A stretch of 63,186 nt of DNA, filler included, from Pelomyxa schiedti (GCA_020536535.1; 10 parts of 10 records of this genome joined end to end with filler, not necessarily neighbours in it), one strand, 5' to 3'. Positions 37,971-49,467 are shown, counted from the whole stretch's first letter. The notes: generated by a model not told the origin, from the sequence alone. Program-made: numbers and translations.

Positions 37971-38075
37971 GCAATACAGACTGTGTCTCACACAGCTTCC
38001 AAGATAGCTGTTCCAAACATAGAGCTCTAAAACGGAAAGATGAAATTTTATTATTATAATTTCAAAATTGTGTTG

Positions 38076-39337
38076 ATGTTCTTCCGGGTGTTGGGTGCGG
38101 TTTTTGTTGCCGTTGTTTTATCCGGGGAGTACTGCAAAGGTGACAGCACGATTCTTGTTGGTGGCGTTTCTTACCAAGGAATCGTGCATATCGAAGCCGC
38201 TACTGGCCAAGTCACAATTGTGGGAGGGCTGCATGAATTCAAGGACAGAGTATTGGGAATGAACTTTGTGGATAGGAAATCAAATGTGCACCACCCAACT
38301 AATTTTTTTTTCCCCTATGTAATTCCACCCTCTTATGCATTGAAAGACGTATTATGTATGGACAATAGGTACTGGAGAGACGGAATACCAGATGGATGCC
38401 AACACTGGGAAAGTTCTCACATCCTTTTTAATGCACACTGGGGATTCCAATTGGGGGTGTGCTGCATGGGACAGCCAGAAATCAGCCGTGTAAGTCTGCC
38501 CTCACATTTATGTATCTAAATATGAATAATAGGATAGCACAGAGGCATCAGGCAACTGACCCGTACGAGACAACTGTGTATAACTTATGTTACCTGGATA
38601 ATAATGGAACTTGCCCTATTTTCATGACTCTTCCTTATTGCGAAGCCTATGGCTACAATGCTGCGTAATTTCTAGCCTATCTTTCAATTGCAGTTAATCA
38701 CAACAGATTCGACTCTGATAGGAGATACTATATGGGCCTATTCAACTTGAAAAAGGCCCCAGTTTTTGAAGAGGGTATAGTTGTAGTCGATGTTCAGAAC
38801 CAAGTTGTCGTCAGTGCGGTAATTTTATTCTGTTATGTATATTTATTTATTGGTATTTGTGGCGGGGAGCCGCGGAGGGGTGGTTAGAATTTCTAACCGA
38901 GGTACCTTTGCCACAGTATTTATTGGTTAACTCTTTAGTTTTTTTATTCGATAATTCTCTCTTTTATCTATTTGTTCTGCCAACTATAAATTTTTCTAGG
39001 CTCCAATCTCTTCTGCTGCTCCCGGCTGGATATTTTGGGATTATAATCACCAGAGACTGTTGTACTACGGCGGTGATGTTGGTTACATTAGCCTCACCAC
39101 AGGTATTTTCAACTAACTCCAAATACTTTCGTTTAACAGCTGAATTTCAAAGGAGAAATGGTTCACCTGTGTGACCTGCCAGTGTATGATGACTTTGTTA
39201 CAGTAAACGATGCCGGTGACATGATGTACATAACCTCAGGGGCCACGTTTGTTGCCTTCAACATCACCACCTGCCAAACACAAGTGTCAGTAACCAACAA
39301 AATCTGGGTGGATGCCATGGCCGTTCTTTCCTCATAG
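38076..39337 (+). CDS. Secreted hypothetical protein, multi-exon, beta-rich
   Basis: Signal peptide MFFRVLGAVFVAVVLSG; several short GT-AG introns; ends DAMAVLSS*. Confidence 0.6.
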
Positions 39338-39422
39338 CTAACGTTTAATTATGTGGGGTGAATAAGGAGGAAAGTTCTCAGTCCCTTCTCTTAAACCATC
39401 AAAACAATTGTTTTAAAATTCC

Positions 39423-39611
39423 ATGCACGCAGGTGTGGCGTTCTTCGATTTCGACTGGTACAACAAAAACTTAAAAAAAAAAGATAGTACCACAACCATG
39501 TTTTAATTTTTACAATTACTAGTACGTTGATTGAGGACAACAGTGACTTTATTGTGTTTGACCGTCTCAATGAGCCTGACTTGGCTCATGATGCTGTTTC
39601 ACTATGGAGAC
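39423..39611 (+). CDS. HAD phosphatase, PHOSPHO1/2-like, 5' part (copy 2)
   Basis: FFDFDC|TLIEDNSD; cut by contig end. Confidence 0.72.
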
Positions 39612-39711
39612 NNNNNNNNNNNNNNNNNNNNNNNNNNNNNNNNNNNNNNNNNNNNTTAATTAATTAANNNNNNNNNNNNNNNNNNNNNNNNNNNNNNNNN
39701 NNNNNNNNNNN

Positions 39712-40642
39712 CTGGTGAGGTGCTTGGAAGTGAACTGTGGAATCCAACGCCGAGTGATGGAGGCCCTGTGTACAGTGTGCACTGCAATAGGCACTGGATT
39801 GTGGTTCATGGCACAAACCTGAGTCTGTGGAAGGTCGTGGATGGAGCTGTCCTGGAGGAACCGCACATGAGAACTCTCAGCGTTCCATTTGGGAAGAGTT
39901 CTGGGTTCTGGGGAAAGAATGAATCTGTTCTCATTTTTTTACAGTACAGCAACAAACTGTTGATGCACATCGACTTGGAATCAACCTGGAAGAAGAATTA
40001 CGTGGTTCTGTGCAAAGAGCAATTTGTTCCATGTGTTCAGCCCCCAACAATACTTACTCTTTCTGAGCCAGTGTGCTCAATCTCCGGTCGCACAGTGTGC
40101 AATAGTGTGAGTTCAGAGGTGACAACATTCTCCAATTCGGTGGGAATATACCCCCTTGGCACAGACCACATTTGTGTGAAACGGAGCCACAGCAGCCTTG
40201 ATGTGTTTACCACAAAAAACCTACGCACACCCATCAAGAGCATCCATCAGCCAAACATGGAAATACTNNNNNNNNNNNNNNNNNNNNNNNNNNNNNNNNN
40301 NNNNNNNNNNNNNNNNNNNNNNNNNNNNNNNNNNNNNNNNNNNNNNNNNNNNNNNNNNNNNNNNNNNTATACCCCCTTGGCACAGACCACATTTGTGTGA
40401 AACGGAGCCACAGCAGCCTTGATGTGTTTACCACAAAAAACCTACGCACACCCATCAAGAGCATCCATCAGCCAAACATGGAAATACTACAGGTGTACAC
40501 CAAACCGTGTATTGTCGTGTGGATGCAGAAGAAAGCGAAAACCGATGCTGTGCAACCACCACCAGCAACTGAACGAGTGTTTGTGGTAGCTGATGGTCCC
40601 ACTGGTGATATCTTGGCCACTCTGTCAGTGTTATACCAATGA
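39712..40642 (+). CDS. Family A member, 5'-partial, spans a scaffold gap
   Basis: CNRHWIV, HIDLESTW, C-terminal VADGPTGDILATL. Confidence 0.65.
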
Positions 40643-41026
40643 AAGTTGCCAAGCTGAAACGATTCTTGTGACATTGGCTAATGGAAACCAAGTGAGGATT
40701 AACCCCATCATTCTCAATACAGTTGCCCTCCTGTGTCCACTGCTGCAAGAAGACCACGCAGGAAGGATGATTACATCCCGATTATGAACCATGTGGTTTT
40801 TGTATTAGACTTACCCTAAAAATCATTAATCAGCGTTTTCTCAGCCATCTGGCAGACATCAGCTTTCATCCCCAGCTTTTGAGAAATCGAAAGCTTGTGA
40901 GAAAATGGAAGTGGGTTGTGTTCACANNNNNNNNNNNNNNNNNNNNNNNNNNNNNNNNNNNNNNNNNNNNTTAATTAATTAANNNNNNNNNNNNNNNNNN
41001 NNNNNNNNNNNNNNNNNNNNNNNNNN

Positions 41027-41280
41027 ATTCCAAGGACATTGTGGAGATCTGGGACTGCAATCACACCACCAGTTTCAAGCAACACACGCCACTGAGGACA
41101 ATCAGGTCATCAACTGAGGGCTCCACAATCCTTGTTGGGTGTGGATTGATCTTCCACATTGAGGACAGGAAACTGCAGGTGACTGAAGCAACCTCCGGCG
41201 CTGTTGTTGCTTCCATTGAATATAAACACACGTGGTGTGTTATGAGGCAGATCATTCCCTGCCAGTCATTCCTGTGGTAA
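41027..41280 (+). CDS. Family A member, C-terminal fragment
   Basis: EIWDCN..PLRTI..GCGLIFH..LQVTEATSG..SFLW*, the same ending as the next two copies. Confidence 0.7.
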
Positions 41281-41363
41281 CAAAGAATAGATTTTGTAAA
41301 GCCAGAGGAAATACTTTAGGAACCAAACACCAAACCTTGGAAATTCCCCGAAATCAAAATCGA

Positions 41364-42524
41364 ATGCAAAACGACACAACCAAGAGCAACGACGAATATG
41401 AATGGCTTGGGGAGATCGTGTGGACACGGGGTGTTCGCGCCAGAGACCATCGTTACTTTTGGCGTCGCAGCGTTGCCGGTGTGGGAGGAACTCGCTCGCG
41501 AGGGTGTTGGACTTGTTGCCAGTGCTTGTGAGGCAATTGTGGGACACCTGGGTGGTTGGAACACAGAGGAAAGTGGTGGTCGCGGCTGTTTTGGCCCATA
41601 ATGATCGGGGCATGGTGTGTGGTGTTGTTATTAGGTTTGGTGTGTCACTCATTCTGTTGGGGATTACAACCGACGTGAGCGTTTCGAGGGATTACGGGCG
41701 TTGGGTGGATGATAGGCAATACATCACACTGTGGAGAATTGATTCTCCTGCGGCTTTGGTGATGGACACTATAAGTGGTACCAAGAGGCGTATGGAGACT
41801 GAGAAGATCCTCTTCCTCCACGACGTGTGCATTAATGGGAAGTGGTGGTTGCAGATGAGAAAAGAAGGCAACTTGCTCGTTGTCACCAATATTCAGGCTC
41901 GCAATGATTCCTCTGTTGCTGTTCCCCTCCCTGAGAATTTCCATGTTGTCCACTCAATGAGATTCAACAAATTGAGCTCATCACAAGCACTGATTCTGAT
42001 TACTACAGTGAGTGATCATCCACCAAATAAATCAATGTTGGTTGTTGTGGATGTCTCCGCCACATACTCCACCAAAAGTCTGAAGATTTTGAGCTCCACT
42101 CAATGCCCATTTCCTGATGGTTACCTGATAGGCAACTGTGTGAAACACCTTTTTCTGATGAAGAATAAAGCTGGCCACAACGTGTTCATTGTTCAGATTG
42201 GTGAAGCTGTGTTTGTGGTTCAATCAAATGGAGAGATGTGCACTCTCTGCCACCAGTCTGAGGGTGACGAAACTTTCGTCTACCAATTGGATTCCTGCCT
42301 TTTCTCTCTTTCCCACTCCGCAGCAGTCATCACCACTGAGGTCATTCCATCAAGAAAAAGCCTTCCAAGTGCTATTAGGAGGTGGGTTTATATTCCAGAT
42401 TGCCAATGGAAATCAGCTTCAAGTGATCGAGGCATCATCAAGCAACATTGTTTCTTCCCTTAATTGTGTGAAACCTGGTTGGTGTCTCACAACCCTAGTT
42501 GCACGGTACTCATTCTTGTGGTAA
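41364..42524 (+). pseudogene. Family A member with frameshifting deletions
   Basis: ARDH in one frame and LLLASQRCRCG in another; C-terminal GGGFIF..SFLW out of frame after a deletion near 42320. Confidence 0.7.
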
Positions 42525-43831
42525 CTTATTTCACATCAGAATCCACCAAATACGAATCAACCCCAAATGAACTTAAAAAAAAACCCTTCTCGGAAATTAT
42601 CAAGAACAAGGATGGCGCTGTACGAACACTTGTCACAATCTACAACGAGGACAACAACAGAAAAATTGCAGTTGCTCTGAGACAGGGGTTTAAAGCGAGA
42701 GACCAGTTCGCGGCGTTACTTTTGGCGACGTCGCAGTGTTGTCGGTGCGCGAGCAACTCGCCCGCGAGGGTGTTGGGGCCAGCGCTTGCGAGGCAATTGT
42801 GGGACACCTGGGTCATTGGAACTCAGCGGATCGCTTGCGTGGTAATGCAGGACAAAGAGGAGACGACGATCAGATTTGGGTTGTCACTTGCGTTGTTGGG
42901 AATAACTGAGGATCTGCAGATCTTGCCTGTCACTGGGCATTGGGTAGGTGAGAATCTGTGCATCACCCCACTAGAACGAGACCGGTCTGGAAAAAGTGGT
43001 TGCGTATTGCTGAGGGACACAAGGGTTAGTGGGGAGCAGAAGTTGGTTCTAGAGAAGGCAAATTGGATGCACTTCTTGTGCACGAGTGAGAAGTGGTGGT
43101 TGCAGACCAGAGACGAAGGTCACTCGCTCGTAATCAACAGTGTGCAGACCCACAATGAGGTCGCACAACCTTCTGTTGTTGTGCCTGTGCCTGAGAACTA
43201 CCACGTCGTTGACTCCATGAAATTCAACAAGATGAGTTCGTCACAAGCACTGATTCTGATGACCACAGCGAGCAGTCGTCAACCAAACACGATGGTGGTT
43301 GTTGTCGATGTTCCTGCCACCTATTCCACCGAAAGTCTGCAGATTGTTAGCTCCACTCACTGTGAATTTCGACAGGATTACTTCGACGCTTTCTGTGTGC
43401 AATCCCTGTTCCTGTTGAAGAACAAAGCAAGTGAAAATGTATTCATGGTTGAGATCTGCCGACCACCAGATTTCCCAAGCATGCGATGCGTTGTGTTTGC
43501 CATCCAATCAAATGGCGTTAAAACCAAGCTCTTCAGTGAATTTCATGTTAAAGGAATACTGGATCAACTGAGTGGCTCCCTTTTTGCAGTTTCTCGCAGT
43601 CACAAGAAATTTTTGGATATCTGGGACTGCAATAGCACAGTGCACCTAAAGGGATCAGCACCACTGAGGACAGTCCAAAGTGGAACTCTATCAGGGGGTG
43701 GCTTGGTCTACTTTCTGCATGGAAGACAATTGCATGTGATGGAGGCTGCATCAGGCCTCATTGTGGCTTCCATTGAAGTACTTGAACATGGATGGTTCAG
43801 TCCCTGCCCTGTGAGATCTTTCTTGTGGTGA
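42464..43831 (+). CDS. Family A member (start codon uncertain)
   Basis: KARDQFAALLLA..CRCASNSPARVLGPALARQLWDTWV...DIWDCN...SFLW*. Nearest upstream ATG (42612) is out of frame. Confidence 0.7.
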   Translation: MCETWLVSHNPSCTVLILVVTYFTSESTKYESTPNELKKKPFSEIIKNKDGAVRTLVTIYNEDNNRKIAVALRQGFKARDQFAALLLATSQCCRCASNSPARVLGPALARQLWDTWVIGTQRIACVVMQDKEETTIRFGLSLALLGITEDLQILPVTGHWVGENLCITPLERDRSGKSGCVLLRDTRVSGEQKLVLEKANWMHFLCTSEKWWLQTRDEGHSLVINSVQTHNEVAQPSVVVPVPENYHVVDSMKFNKMSSSQALILMTTASSRQPNTMVVVVDVPATYSTESLQIVSSTHCEFRQDYFDAFCVQSLFLLKNKASENVFMVEICRPPDFPSMRCVVFAIQSNGVKTKLFSEFHVKGILDQLSGSLFAVSRSHKKFLDIWDCNSTVHLKGSAPLRTVQSGTLSGGGLVYFLHGRQLHVMEAASGLIVASIEVLEHGWFSPCPVRSFLW

Positions 43832-44010
43832 AAGGAAAATGTTGCTACATTTACCATTTGCCCCTACTCATTCTTACCATACAGCATCAACAAAAATGAT
43901 GGTTCCTCGAATTATGAACTTTGTTTATTATTATTGCTTGCTTCTGCTTGGTATCAGTGTCGTCAATCAATTGGTGATATTTTAGTGTTGGAACACAGAA
44001 GAGGGAGCAA

Positions 44011-45290
44011 ATGTACGAGGCCCCTTCGACAACCCAAAGCACAAAACGGCAAACGGTAAAAGCAAACCCAAACACCAAAACAATCAACAACAACTAACAG
44101 AGGCGTTGTGATACACACACACAGGGAGTTGTGGCCGTTGCGAGCCTTTACTCACAGTTCTTGGCCCTGTGCATGGTCACACACCCAAGGTGCGGTTGTA
44201 AATGGAATAGAATGCTGCTGATGAGATCCTCGTCTGTATCTGCTGAAAACTTGGGGTTGGTTGTGAGGCTGGTGTGGGGGTGTTGATGGTGGTGGGCCTG
44301 TCAGGTTCTTCAGTGTGAGTGTGCGTGATGTTGTTGCAAATGGTAAGTCCACTTTGTTCACATTTGGCATGTCAATGCTCACTCTTGGTGTTGTGTCAAA
44401 GTTCTCTCGGTGGTGGCAAACAAATGAACAAGGGTCTGGCTGTGTTGAAACCATTCCTGCAGCAAATCAGACATATGTGATTTACCAGATGAGTGATGAG
44501 AATGATGACGCCGTCACGTATAGTAGGAGGAGTGTGGGCTTGGAAACAGTTCAGTGTGCTGGTGGATTGAGACGTTCTGAAGTGTGGTCTGGGTATAGTA
44601 TTGCTGAGTGTGTGAATCACAAGTGGCTCGTTTTCACGCATTTGTTTATGAAGAGGAAAGAGTTTGCTGTTGCAAACCTACTCTTGGAGCAACAGCATCA
44701 AACTAGAGTGCTGCCATGCCCAGTGTTCACGCCTATTAACATCTTCATGAATAAGATGAAAGAAGATGAAGCTGTTCTTGTGAAAAAACGAAGGAGATAC
44801 TAACAAGTTAAGAATTGCAGTTGTCAATATTCAGGATGTTTGGTCTGGGAGAACCTGCAGTCCAATCTTTCAGGCAGAGTATTGCTTTCCATCAAGCATT
44901 CCTGAGGTTTACTGTTACTACATTCCAACGGTGCTGATTCTTCAGGCACACTCAGAACGCTGCTTCATTGTTCAAACTAGAGCAGCAATTATTCAGTACA
45001 ATGAGTCTGCAGGCCCACATGAGGTTCACTCAGCCAACTACACAGGGGGCCTAGCCCTGACACAGCTGAGTGAGAGGCTCTATTGCGTGACAAGCACTCC
45101 AAACACACTCGAGATATGGGATTGCAACAACCCCACCAATGCCCTCAGGATTGTTGACAACCATTGTGTATGCCCACTGTGGTCTGCTGTTCCACGTTGG
45201 TGGAAATCGAGTCACAGTGACTGATTACTCCTCAGGTTCCAAGGTTGCCACTCTTCACGTGAACACACTGTGTGAAGGCAACAACCACCC
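44011..45290 (+). pseudogene. Family A member with about 3 frameshifts
   Basis: SQFLALCMVTHPRCG, FGMSMLTLGVV, CVNHKW, EIWDCN, VTDYSSG lie in different frames; breaks near 44283, 44790 and 45165. Confidence 0.68.
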
Positions 45291-45324
45291 CAAAATAGAC
45301 CTCAGAAAAAAATTGACGAGAAGA

Positions 45325-45555
45325 GCGCCGCAGGCTGCGAGAGCGTCGCAGACGGCGCGGGAAGAAAATAGCGCCGCCGAGAGCCGGGATCTCGCAACGG
45401 GTCTCGGCAGCGCGGGATGCTGCCGACACCGCCGCGTCGGCGGGAGACCCTCTCGGCAGCGCGGCGATGTCACCGACACCTGATAGGTCTTCCCGCGCCG
45501 CCGACATCGCCGCGTCGCCGAGATACTCTGTCGGCGGCGCGGCGATGTTGTCTAG
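45325..45555. repeat. Cassette of four related GC-rich hairpins
   Basis: Stems at 45325-45358, 45371-45413, 45425-45471, 45503-45549. Confidence 0.8.
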
Positions 45556-45589
45556 ACTGGTGTAACCAGGATACTGGTTGGGGTAACGG

Positions 45590-46786
45590 AAAAGTTTATG
45601 TATTCTTTAGGAAATGTGTTTGTGGTGTTGTTGGTCAATGCCTTGCTGTTTTGGTATTTGTAAAGTGAGTGGGGTGGTGAGAGATGGGGAAGTTGGCCAT
45701 GAGTGAGTGAGTTGCGGGAACAGAAGTATGGTGACAACATACCAATGTGAAAGCCCCAAGGTGTAACCAGAGGGGCAGGATGCGGTACTTCAGAACCTGT
45801 TCAGGGAGTCAGTGGGGGAAAAAAAGGGAAAACACAAACTCATTCAGAATGTGCAATATCTCCAGGGTGAAGAAAAAAACCCTAGATCAGAGTGAACTCG
45901 ATGGACAATGAAGGAGGGAGGTGAAAACCTGTGCAATGCCGAGCATAGCCGGGTCTCAAGGTGCCAACAAAACAGAAGTGTGGTATGACGTAGATGGAAC
46001 CCTGTGTATGAGGGGGAATGAAATTTTTAATTTTTTAAAAAAAAAAAAAAGGGGAAGCAGGGAGCACCTGCGCCCACTTGGTCTGTTGCACAGTATCGTT
46101 GACCAGGCTGATGGAGTGGTTAGGAAAACACCAGAAACAAACAGAAACGCACTGTAGAGTTGAGCTTGTGGTAACCGCTGCTCATGTTGTGTGCCCATCC
46201 GGTGCTAATGTGATGAGAATGATATTGCCCAAATAACAAAAAACTATATTTATAAATATAATATTATTTTATAATATTTGATATAACATAATAAAACCAC
46301 GTCGAAACAAAAATAAATACAGAGGTAAGTAAACACCTAACAAAGCGGTGTGTTGCAACCGCGAAACAAAAGAACGACCACAACCAACCACACCACTGAG
46401 TCTACTTCCAACAGTACGGCCTCGCCGGGTCATCACCTGGAGCCCTACGTACGGTGCCTGGCCGACGCACTCGACTTAGCCTTTTTTTTTTTTTTAATGT
46501 TCAATTCTGACGAAATGCTCCAACGATCAAAAAACAAAAAAAAACCAAGTCTACGTGGATGTGCAGTGTCGTGTTTGGGGTGCGTGAGGTAAAGGTGTCG
46601 CTATTTTTTTTCCCCTTTTGTTGTCCGCTACGCTAACCCCCGCTACGCTAACCATTTACTAAAACCTACAGTGACTACAAAGGATGACTTTGGATCCCAC
46701 CACCGCAAGTGACTCCTCGGAAACACCAAAACGGGCACAGACACCACCTCTTCTCCCAATTGCGTTTAAAGAATACATAAACTTTT
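45590..46786. repeat. 20-bp perfect inverted repeat pair bounding 1.2 kb (possible non-autonomous element)
   Basis: aaaagtttatgtattcttta (45590-45609) and taaagaatacataaactttt (46767-46786). Confidence 0.6.
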
Positions 46787-47022
46787 AACCATCCCTTTCT
46801 TTTTTTGGCCCAACNNNNNNNNNNNNNNNNNNNNNNNNNNNNNNNNNNNNNNNNNNNNTTAATTAATTAANNNNNNNNNNNNNNNNNNNNNNNNNNNNNN
46901 NNNNNNNNNNNNNNACTCTAGACAGTGTTCTACCATTGTGTTGAAACAATACAATTATTTGGGTTATTTTGTTTTGAACAAATAACGGGTTTTTTTGTTT
47001 TCCCAATTGATTGATTCCGAGA

Positions 47023-48243
47023 ATGGACTTGTTACACACAAAAGCACACTTCACCTCGTGCAGGGCCGTGTACCTTGGGGTCAAGGCACCCCAGAGTGAC
47101 GTGCCCGCTCCCCACCACGTTTTGTGGGCCCGCGACCAATTTGTGGCGCTGTGTGCCGGCGGCATTGTGGGACGGTGCGGCTCGCGGTCGCCGCTTCGCG
47201 TGCTGCCGCCAGAAGTGCTGTGCCACGAGATCGGCAGAAACTGGATCATGGGATCCCGCTGCCGCGGCAGGGTCGCCCTCAGTAGCGACACCAAGGTGAC
47301 AAAACTATTATGGGAAGACACGCAGACAACAACGTGGTTCGTTACAGTGTCACACACACTGGGTGTCATTTCAATCGATTCCGTTGGTATGACAGGTCGC
47401 AGCAGAGAGAGGGCACGCTGGTGGGCAGATAGGTCCCACGTTATAGTCAGCAAGTGGAACAAAGGGCTGATTTGTGACTGCGAGGACGGCAGGGTGGTGG
47501 CCAGGCTGCAGCTCGTGACTGAACAAGAAACAAAGTGGGTGTGCAGTGATTCGTGGGGGGTGGTGTACCACCCTGGATGCTATGCCGTGGAAATGTGGCC
47601 GCGGGGTGGTCTGGAGAACAGTGCGAATGCGAATGTTCTGAATGAAATGTGTGTGAGGAATGTGGAGACTCGTGCGGCCCGTAGCGAGGAAGTAATGTGG
47701 ATGGACTTACTTGGCGGGAACCAGGGAGTGGTGTCTATCTATAAAGAGGGTCAGTGGAAGCGTTTCCTGCTGTGGTTTGTTGACTTGGACAAATCATACC
47801 AGCTGGGGGTGCTTTCAGTCACCGAGGAGTTCACACTAGACTCTGTGTGCAAGGGTGTCTACTGGTCTGAGAAGCGCGGCTTCATGGCAACACAGAAATA
47901 CAAACTGGAGGGAAACTTTGGGAGCACCTATCAACTGGTGGCCCTGAAAACCCGTCTATGTGTGTGGAGCAGCTTTCTTGGCAAACCTGTCAAAGTTGAT
48001 GAGCGCCATTTCGTAGCCTACAGCAACTTGGATGACACGCTGAGGGTTTTCTCCACTGATGACTTTGACACACCGTGCCGTGTGTTCTGCTACGACGACA
48101 CTGACACAGAGTACACAGTTCGGAACGGTATGATTGCGTTTCGGAGTAAAGAACACATTGACCTTGTCGATGCCGTCACTGGCCTGTGGTTGTGGCGGCT
48201 GCCTGTCAGTTCCCCACTGGACTTCAGCCTTTCTTCGTTCTGA
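47023..48243 (+). CDS. Family A member
   Basis: WARDQFVALCAGGIVGRCGSRSPLRVLPPEVLCHEIGRNWI; VSHTLGV; LVDAVTG; intronless. Confidence 0.8.
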   Translation: MDLLHTKAHFTSCRAVYLGVKAPQSDVPAPHHVLWARDQFVALCAGGIVGRCGSRSPLRVLPPEVLCHEIGRNWIMGSRCRGRVALSSDTKVTKLLWEDTQTTTWFVTVSHTLGVISIDSVGMTGRSRERARWWADRSHVIVSKWNKGLICDCEDGRVVARLQLVTEQETKWVCSDSWGVVYHPGCYAVEMWPRGGLENSANANVLNEMCVRNVETRAARSEEVMWMDLLGGNQGVVSIYKEGQWKRFLLWFVDLDKSYQLGVLSVTEEFTLDSVCKGVYWSEKRGFMATQKYKLEGNFGSTYQLVALKTRLCVWSSFLGKPVKVDERHFVAYSNLDDTLRVFSTDDFDTPCRVFCYDDTDTEYTVRNGMIAFRSKEHIDLVDAVTGLWLWRLPVSSPLDFSLSSF

Positions 48244-48300
48244 CGATCTTGGTCTAAACCTTAAAGAGAAAAAAAACAGCTCATTTAATTGTCGTACAAA

Positions 48301-49467
48301 ATGATGCAGGAACTGTTTCATGGTCGGGGTGTCACGATGGCGCCACCCGACCACGTTGCGTGGGCAGAGCACCAATTCGTGGCGGTGTGCGTGGGCGGAA
48401 TTGTGGGACGTTGCGCGTCGGCGTCCCCGTTGCGCGTTCTGCCCCACCACGTGCTGTGCCACGAAATCGGCAGAAACTGGATCATGGGTGTGGCAAAGAG
48501 CGTGCTTGTGACCTTGCGAGATTCCTCCAAGGGGCACAATGAGGCACTTTGGTTTGTTTGCATCTCGCACACCCTGGGCGTAGTTTCAATCGAATGCGAC
48601 TTCAGAAAGATCAGTGCGTGCATTTATGGGTGGGTTGGCCGCCACCACGTGGCTACCCCCCAAGGGTTCTGGGCCACTGCCACCACATCCGCGATTGTGG
48701 AGACAACAAAAATGCAGAAGGTGGCTGAGTGGGATGGTACCTTTCTCTTCTCGTACACAGTGGTGGTGAGTAACAGGCGGTGGCAGTTGGTGTACAACTC
48801 TGTAGGTACGAAAACGGTCGCAATCTGGCCAAAGCCACTGCCACCGGCAACCAACAGCACAATTTCAGGGAGAGCAGATTTTGTGAGAAGTGTGTTTATC
48901 AGAGAGGCGGAACACGTGCAGTGGATCGACGCAACTCTGGGTGGCAGTGATGCTAACATTGTGGCATTTGCAGTGTGGACGGTACACAAGCAGGCACTGT
49001 GGATTGTTGACTTGGAGAAAACATACCAGCAGAGTGTGCTTTCAATCCTTCAAGAGGTACTTCTGAGGAGTTATGATATTTTTTGGGGTGCCAAGTACGG
49101 AGTCATTGGTGCACCGCATACACAACCACTACTCAACTGCCCCTCACAACCAAACTTCATGATTGACATTGACACAAAACAAGCTGTGAGGTGTTTCAAG
49201 TGGTTGGGTGGAAAGATTGATGAGAGCCACATCTATGAGGTTTCTTCCACAGGGGCTCTGTGCATTTTTTCAGCAACCAATACCTACACCCCCTGCCATG
49301 TTTACCAGTGGAGCTCAGATTGTAGGTGTATTATGGACAATGGGTTGATTGCATTCCAAGGATTCCATCACGTCAACCTCATTGATGCTGTAACAGGCTG
49401 TAGCTTGTGGAGTCAGCCTGTGCCAACTCTGACTCCCCAGCATGTTCTCACACTCCAGTCTCTTTGA
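48301..49467 (+). CDS. Family A member, tandem paralog
   Basis: WAEHQFVAVCVGGIVGRCASASPLRVLPHHVLCHEIGRNWI; ISHTLGV; LIDAVTG. Confidence 0.8.
   Translation: MMQELFHGRGVTMAPPDHVAWAEHQFVAVCVGGIVGRCASASPLRVLPHHVLCHEIGRNWIMGVAKSVLVTLRDSSKGHNEALWFVCISHTLGVVSIECDFRKISACIYGWVGRHHVATPQGFWATATTSAIVETTKMQKVAEWDGTFLFSYTVVVSNRRWQLVYNSVGTKTVAIWPKPLPPATNSTISGRADFVRSVFIREAEHVQWIDATLGGSDANIVAFAVWTVHKQALWIVDLEKTYQQSVLSILQEVLLRSYDIFWGAKYGVIGAPHTQPLLNCPSQPNFMIDIDTKQAVRCFKWLGGKIDESHIYEVSSTGALCIFSATNTYTPCHVYQWSSDCRCIMDNGLIAFQGFHHVNLIDAVTGCSLWSQPVPTLTPQHVLTLQSL

Larger units (their letters stand above)
35698..39611. repeat. Duplicated block, near-identical to 32328-35597 (probable alternative haplotype)
   Basis: Colinear; both copies end on actatggagac. 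Confidence 0.9.

Noticed and set aside
40148-40487. Direct repeat of about 120 bp on both sides of an N-gap
   Set aside because: Exact overlap flanking a scaffold gap; assembly artefact.
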